Positions 27,781 through 34,629 of a stretch of DNA of 34,629 nt are shown here, piece after piece. The notes beneath the pieces are model-generated. The model searched no databases. It had not been told where the DNA came from and worked only from the letters and a program-made list of their open reading frames with translations. Location: contig CAXHJY010000402.1 of NCBI GenBank assembly GCA_964016885.1, forward strand, positions 1-34,629. Reading direction: 5' to 3'. The stretch comes from Eledone cirrhosa (lineage: Eukaryota). Made by a program: the position numbers and the translations under genes. Each line of letters begins with the position of its first letter. Within the stretch, counting starts at the first letter, position 1.

Positions 27781-30750
27781 ACTTTGAACTTTGAATAACT
27801 TTGAAATGTTTTGGCCAGTATTGGCCCAGGCCATGTCTAACTTAATAGCACCACGTGGCGAAGTCTTTCAATTCAGGATTTGGGCACCATGGCCCATTCG
27901 AGAAGAGAATTACTGTTTGCGGAGACATATCCGGGTGTGGGTGGTTTGTCCGGGATTACTTGGAGGAATTTGTCCAAAGACTTCTTGAATTTTGTGTGGT
28001 CAGTTTCGGTTTTGACGTGTCCTGGTGTGATGTTGAAGAGAGCAGGGCCGATTGAGGTGAAATAATTGTGCCGTATTGTTGTTATGAGTTGCGATTTAGA
28101 TTTTTGAATGGGACGGATAGCACGCGGCCCAAGCCTTGGGTGTATCTTGAAGGCGATGCCAACATCATTTGGGCAGTGATGATGGAACATTTTCCACATC
28201 ATGCAGATAATATAACGCTCACGGCGACGTTGGAGTGAGTAAAGTTTCAGGTTTTCCAATCGACCCCAGTAGTCAAGGTCTGACATGCCATCTATCTTTT
28301 TCGTGATTGCCCTTTGAGGAGCTTCAAGTTTCATGATACTTTGTTTCGTATGGGGAGACCACAGTGGACAACAGTATTCAAGGTGTGGTCGGGCGAAAGT
28401 AGAGAAGAGAAGGATAATGGTGCGGGAATCTCTCGACTGGAAGGTTCTGAGGATCCAGGAACACATTCTGCGGGCCATGTCAACTTTGCTGCTTATATGC
28501 GTGGTCCAGCTTATGTTGCTGTCCACGGTTACTCCCAAGTCTCTGATGTTGTTAGATGCCACGAGAGTTTCCCCGGAGGGAAGGGAGTACGGGAGTTTCA
28601 GAGCATCCTCTTTTCCAAAGTGGATCAGTTCGAATTTGTCTTCGTTCAGTAACATGTTGTTCTTTTCTGCCCATTGGGTAACAGCCAGTAGGTCTGACTG
28701 AAGGCTTATCCGGTCATCCACGCCATTGATGACCTTTTGGAGCTTGGAATCATCAGCGAAAATGTTAATGTTGCTGTGTTTGATGATGTCAGTGATGTCA
28801 TTAATATAGATGATGAAGAGAAGTGGGCCCAACACAGTTCCTTGTGGGACTCCACTACTGACTTTGGCTGGGCTTGATTTGACTCCCTCAACTACAACAT
28901 GTTGGGTTCTGTTTGACAGGAAGCTCTTGATCCACTGCAGCAGCTTTCCAGTGACACCAATATTGGACAGCTTTCTCAGTAGAATGTTATGATCAACCCT
29001 GTCAAAGGCCTTGCTGAAATCAAGGTAGATAACATCAGTGTTGGAACCCTCTCCCAAGGCTCTCAAAATGTCATCAAAGTGATGCAGTAGTTGCGTCAGG
29101 CAATCCCTTCCATTACGGAATCCATGCTGGTTGGAGTTCAGCATATTGTTACTCTCAAGGAAGTGGGTCATTCGCGATCTCACCATTCGCTCAAATACCT
29201 TAATGATATGAGAGGTGAGTGAGATTGGACGGTAATTCACGGCAAGGGATTTGTTTCCCTTTTTGAAAACTGGGACAACAGACTGGGATAGAAGGTTTTC
29301 TGGCACATATCCAGCATCCAGTGAGTTCCGCCACAGATTGGCAAGAGGAGAAGCAAGTTGGTGTTGACACGCCTTCAAGACACAAGCAGGGAACCTATCG
29401 GGACCTACTGCTGAATTATGCTTGATTTCCTTTATTGCCGCCAAGACATCAGGGGCCCCAAACGTTATGTCCGATAAGGTGTAATGGGGAGTAACATCGC
29501 CGATACAGCCCAGATCGGCCATATCAGGATTGCTGAAAACAGAGCAGTATTGTTTCTGCAGTATCTCACCCATGGTTTTAGCATTGTCTTGAAGAGTGCC
29601 ATTTTCATCAATTAGAGGGCCAACAGTAGAGCCAGTGATTTTGTGTTTTTTTGCAAATGAAAAGAACACTTTGGGATTGAGTTTGATCTTCTCAATGGCC
29701 CAGGCCTCTTCAGCTCTTCTCTGATTGTTGATGAGGGACATTATGTTGTTTTGGAGGTTATGTTTTTTAATCTCTAGTGATGAAATGGCAGTCAAGTTGA
29801 TGTGTTGCTGCTGACAGTATTTCAGATTGTTGATTTTTTTGTTCGTTCTCTTAATTTTTCTGATGAGCGTTTTTCTATTTCTAGGGATTCTGCTCTTAGA
29901 TTTGTTTATAGTTCTTAATGGGGTGTGTTTAGCACATATGTTTGTAACAGTGTCCACAAATGTCTGCCAGGACTTTTTGATGTTAGTGGGTGTATGAGTG
30001 TGCGTGAAGGACCAGTCGACATGTGCAAGATCATGACTGATCGCTTCCCAGTTTGCATTGTGGAAATCCATAGCGTCAAACGGATGGACAGGAGAAATGA
30101 CATTGGGTTTGTATATTGGACGGTGGAATCTCAGATCACAGAGAACCATGTCATGATCAGAGAGTAGAGTTTTCTCCACTGCAATATTGTGGATATTGTC
30201 AGTGTGATTGCTGAAAATTAAGTCTAGGACGTTTTTGTGGCACCTCGTTGGTTCGAGCACTAGTTGGGATAGGAAGAAATCATCCATGAAGTCAAGAAGC
30301 GATTCCACAGCTTCCCTGTCAGAGGTTGAGGCAGAAGAACCTGGTGGCAGGGTGTTTGTGGACCAGTCAACTCCGGGGAGGTTGAAGTCCCCCATCATTA
30401 AGATGTTGTCAGGGTGACACTCTTGGATGAAACACTTTATGCTGTTGAGGCATTCCTTGAAGCATGGTACAGGCGTTTGGGGTGGCCTATAGAGCCCAAC
30501 TACTAATAGGTTGTTGGTTTGACTGAATACAGTGACTGCCTCACAGTATCCATTAGTGAATATGTTCATAGCCTCTGTTGAGAAAGAATTATGGACATAA
30601 ATGGCAGTTCCGCCCTTTCTTCTGCCAGCGCGATCAGCACGGATGGCTTTGAAATTTTTCACTTTCACCTCGGCTTCCAAGTGGAGGTTACTGAGATGGG
30701 TTTCAGTGAGGACGAAGAAAGGGATGTGGTTTGGATGGACATCAATCCAG
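27781..30750 (-). mobile_element. CR1-group (CR1/L2-like) non-LTR retrotransposon, 5'-truncated, inserted in a (TA)n array
   Basis: Sharp higher-GC island between two TA arrays. It contains an APE+RT frame, a ~90-bp 3' UTR (27781-27872) and a short tandem-repeat tail (CAAAGTT x3 on the minus strand; aactttg at 27780, 27787, 27797). Confidence 0.95.
27873..30749 (-). CDS. LINE ORF2: apurinic-like endonuclease plus reverse transcriptase (958 sense codons, N-terminus missing)
   Basis: APE motifs LTETHL, GGTAIYV, GLYRPP, GDFN, LDLIF, SDH. RT motifs [41 protein letters not shown]1-type C-terminus [13 protein letters not shown]...[10 protein letters not shown]. No stops or frameshifts. The first ~165 aa of the listed 1123-aa ORF are translated microsatellite. 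Confidence 0.95.
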   Translation of the reverse strand, partial: WIDVHPNHIPFFVLTETHLSNLHLEAEVKVKNFKAIRADRAGRRKGGTAIYVHNSFSTEAMNIFTNGYCEAVTVFSQTNNLLVVGLYRPPQTPVPCFKECLNSIKCFIQECHPDNILMMGDFNLPGVDWSTNTLPPGSSASTSDREAVESLLDFMDDFFLSQLVLEPTRCHKNVLDLIFSNHTDNIHNIAVEKTLLSDHDMVLCDLRFHRPIYKPNVISPVHPFDAMDFHNANWEAISHDLAHVDWSFTHTHTPTNIKKSWQTFVDTVTNICAKHTPLRTINKSKSRIPRNRKTLIRKIKRTNKKINNLKYCQQQHINLTAISSLEIKKHNLQNNIMSLINNQRRAEEAWAIEKIKLNPKVFFSFAKKHKITGSTVGPLIDENGTLQDNAKTMGEILQKQYCSVFSNPDMADLGCIGDVTPHYTLSDITFGAPDVLAAIKEIKHNSAVGPDRFPACVLKACQHQLASPLANLWRNSLDAGYVPENLLSQSVVPVFKKGNKSLAVNYRPISLTSHIIKVFERMVRSRMTHFLESNNMLNSNQHGFRNGRDCLTQLLHHFDDILRALGEGSNTDVIYLDFSKAFDRVDHNILLRKLSNIGVTGKLLQWIKSFLSNRTQHVVVEGVKSSPAKVSSGVPQGTVLGPLLFIIYINDITDIIKHSNINIFADDSKLQKVINGVDDRISLQSDLLAVTQWAEKNNMLLNEDKFELIHFGKEDALKLPYSLPSGETLVASNNIRDLGVTVDSNISWTTHISSKVDMARRMCSWILRTFQSRDSRTIILLFSTFARPHLEYCCPLWSPHTKQSIMKLEAPQRAITKKIDGMSDLDYWGRLENLKLYSLQRRRERYIICMMWKMFHHHCPNDVGIAFKIHPRLGPRAIRPIQKSKSQLITTIRHNYFTSIGPALFNITPGHVKTETDHTKFKKSLDKFLQVIPDKPPTPGYVSANSNSLLEWAMVPKS

Positions 30751-31288
<538 letters not shown>

Positions 31289-31719
31289 AAAATCAGAACA
31301 AAAACAACGGCGGCAACACCAATATATATATATATATATACATATAGAAAAATGGAGAACGTTATGGCTGAGCTTGACACAAACCTATAGAGGCAGAGAA
31401 ATATATACAAAACCATTACCAAGACGCATACAACAAAACCATATTCACAAACGAACGTACACACTAGTTCTCTCCCCTGTTAATGAGCCGGTGGAACATA
31501 TGCAAGCGACATTGAGTCCCATTGTTTGGTCGTTCTATTGAAATATATTCAATATTCATTGAAATGTTGTATGTATTTATAGTAATAATATGGAAATAAA
31601 CATATATTGCACGTATCTTGTGCTTACACACTCTACATTATTTTTCATTCAATTCTGTTGCTTTATTTGTATCTATCTATATATCAATCTATTACTCTAT
31701 TTATCTATCTATCTATTAT

Positions 31720-32367
<648 letters not shown>

Positions 32368-33601
32368 TATGTCTGAGTCTGTTTCTATCTCTGTGTAAAT
32401 GGTATATATTCATGTTGGTTTGACGTGAAAAGTGGAAATATTAGCTGAATGAAACACTATTGAGAATATCGATTCCAATACTTCCCTCTATGATAACTAA
32501 CATAAACTTATAATATAGACGCTCTTACTCTTTCTCAAATACATACATACAGACATATATCCATGCATACATACATACGTGCATTCATACATGCATACAT
32601 ACATACATATATACATCGGAATCCATGCGAAGTTTCAACGAGGTTACGAGTGCAGGAGATTGTGCAGGAATATGTTATTGAAGTTTTCAGGTTTGCGTGT
32701 CTCATTTATACAAATATATATTTTAAGATTTCATTTTGTTTTTAGTCAGAATTTTATTTCTCTTTCACTAGTAGACCCCTGCCATCAATAATGACGCCAT
32801 TAGCATTGAACATATTTAATTTTGGGAATCCGGGATTGGTATTCCACATATAAAAGTAGTATAGGATAAATGAACAATCTTGGAAACTAGGAAATTGGTA
32901 TTTACTGAATTAGAGATTTATAAAATGGAATCGCTGTACTTTGTGGTAATTACTGATACATGGAGGTGATGAAGTCTTCCTGGTTATATCTAGAAGGAAA
33001 TAAATAAAAAAAAATGGCTGATTATATAAAAGGTAGTTGGAAAAACTTATTATCTCTTATAGCCACATATATGCACCTTGTATACACACAAAATAAGTAA
33101 ACTCCTTCTGTCACTGCCTGATTATAGATAAGACTGATAATTCAATAATGTGTTTCTGGGATATATTTGTATATTTGTAGAGCAAATATTTACGAATGAC
33201 ATGTATGATGACATATATGAATATCTCTGGAGAAATTACTATTTACAGGGACAAATGTTAGGGCCCAAAATCTTGTGAAAGCGTAGATCGTATTGTAGCC
33301 ACATAACTGTGATAGGAAATGCAGTAGAAAATCGTGTATATATATATGAAAGTGTATGTATGTTGTTTGTGTATAAAGGTGTAATGTGTATATTTATGTG
33401 TATAAACTTTAATAACATACAATATATATTGAAAATAATTTAGTTTATTGTTGTGATTGATTGTTTTATTTTCAAAACCCTTTTGAAAATAATCAAGAAT
33501 CGTGTATATGTGTGTGTGGAGGGTTCTTTTAGTATTTATTTAGCTGGATGTTTTATCGTTTTTAACAATCGTTTTTAAATAAAATTACGAGAAAACGTTT
33601 C

Positions 33602-33604
<3 letters not shown>

Positions 33605-33667
<63 letters not shown>

Positions 33668-33692
33668 GTATATGTATGTATGTGTGTATATA

Positions 33693-33766
<74 letters not shown>

Positions 33767-34099
33767 GTATATGTATGTATGTGTGTATATATATATGTAT
33801 ATGTATATATATATATGTATATGTATGTATGTATGTATATATATATGTATATATATATATATATATATATGTATATGTATGTATATATGTATATATATAT
33901 GTATATATATATCTATATATGTATATATATGTATATGTATGTATATATGTATGTATATATATATGTATATATATATGTATATGTATATACATATGTATAT
34001 ATATATATGTATATATTTATATATGTATATATAAATATATAAGTATAAATATATATGTATATATATATGTATATATATGCATGTATACATATATATATG

Positions 34100-34150
<51 letters not shown>

Positions 34151-34279
34151 GTATATATATATATGTATATATATATATGTATATATATATGTATATATGT
34201 ATATATATATGTATATATATATATATGTATAAATATATATATATATGTATATATATATGTATATATATGTATATAAATG

Positions 34280-34312
<33 letters not shown>

Positions 34313-34550
34313 GTATATATATATGTATATATATATATGTATATATGTATATATATATATATATGTATAAATATATATGTGTATATATATATATATATGT
34401 ATAAATATATATGTGTATATATATATGTATATATATATATATGTATATATATGTATATATGTATAAATATATATGTGTATATATAAATGTATATATATAT
34501 ATATATGTATATATATATGTATATATATACATATATATATATATATATAC
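33605..34550. repeat. Long (TA)n/(TATG) array
   Basis: Directly visible, includes a duplicated ataatgtatatgtatgtatgtgtgtata block. Confidence 0.95.
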
Positions 34551-34629
34551 ACTTTACAACAAACAGTGAAAATCTTTGTAACTTTGTTTCATAGAATATG
34601 GGATGCTATCAGGTGGTTTGCTATCTAAC

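Noticed and set aside
27791-30417. Short plus-strand and alternative-frame ORFs overlapping the LINE
   Set aside because: Shadow frames of ORF2 with no recognisable motifs.
31477-31506. TTAATGA-GCCGGT-GGAA-CATATG hammerhead-like string
   Set aside because: Too many core substitutions and no loop room in stem II.

Overview
AT-rich animal genomic DNA (intronic or intergenic) dominated by (TA)n, (CA)n and (GA)n microsatellites. The SINE motifs and repeat landscape resemble octopus or another coleoid cephalopod (inference). Almost all listed ORFs are microsatellite artefacts. The one long real reading frame is an uninterrupted, slightly 5'-truncated APE+RT ORF2 of a CR1-group LINE (minus strand, 27781-30750) inserted inside a (TA)n array. 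Also present: a 3' fragment of a CRE-like RLE retrotransposon (12385-12725), six copies of a tRNA-derived SINE with a Deu/Nin-type core (two with clear TSDs), other older SINEs, and three Tc1/mariner-type MITEs. The most interesting signal is a set of short, mostly (TA)n-flanked inserts built as 'long foldback + short unique tail'. Several of these, and two non-foldback segments, contain minimal type I hammerhead ribozyme motifs with palindromic stem III. One is a back-to-back pair with a compensatory U3-A8 core (5660-5801). These look like remnants of several microsatellite-targeting Penelope-like or non-autonomous ribozyme-bearing elements. No host gene can be established beyond one candidate 53-bp exon.
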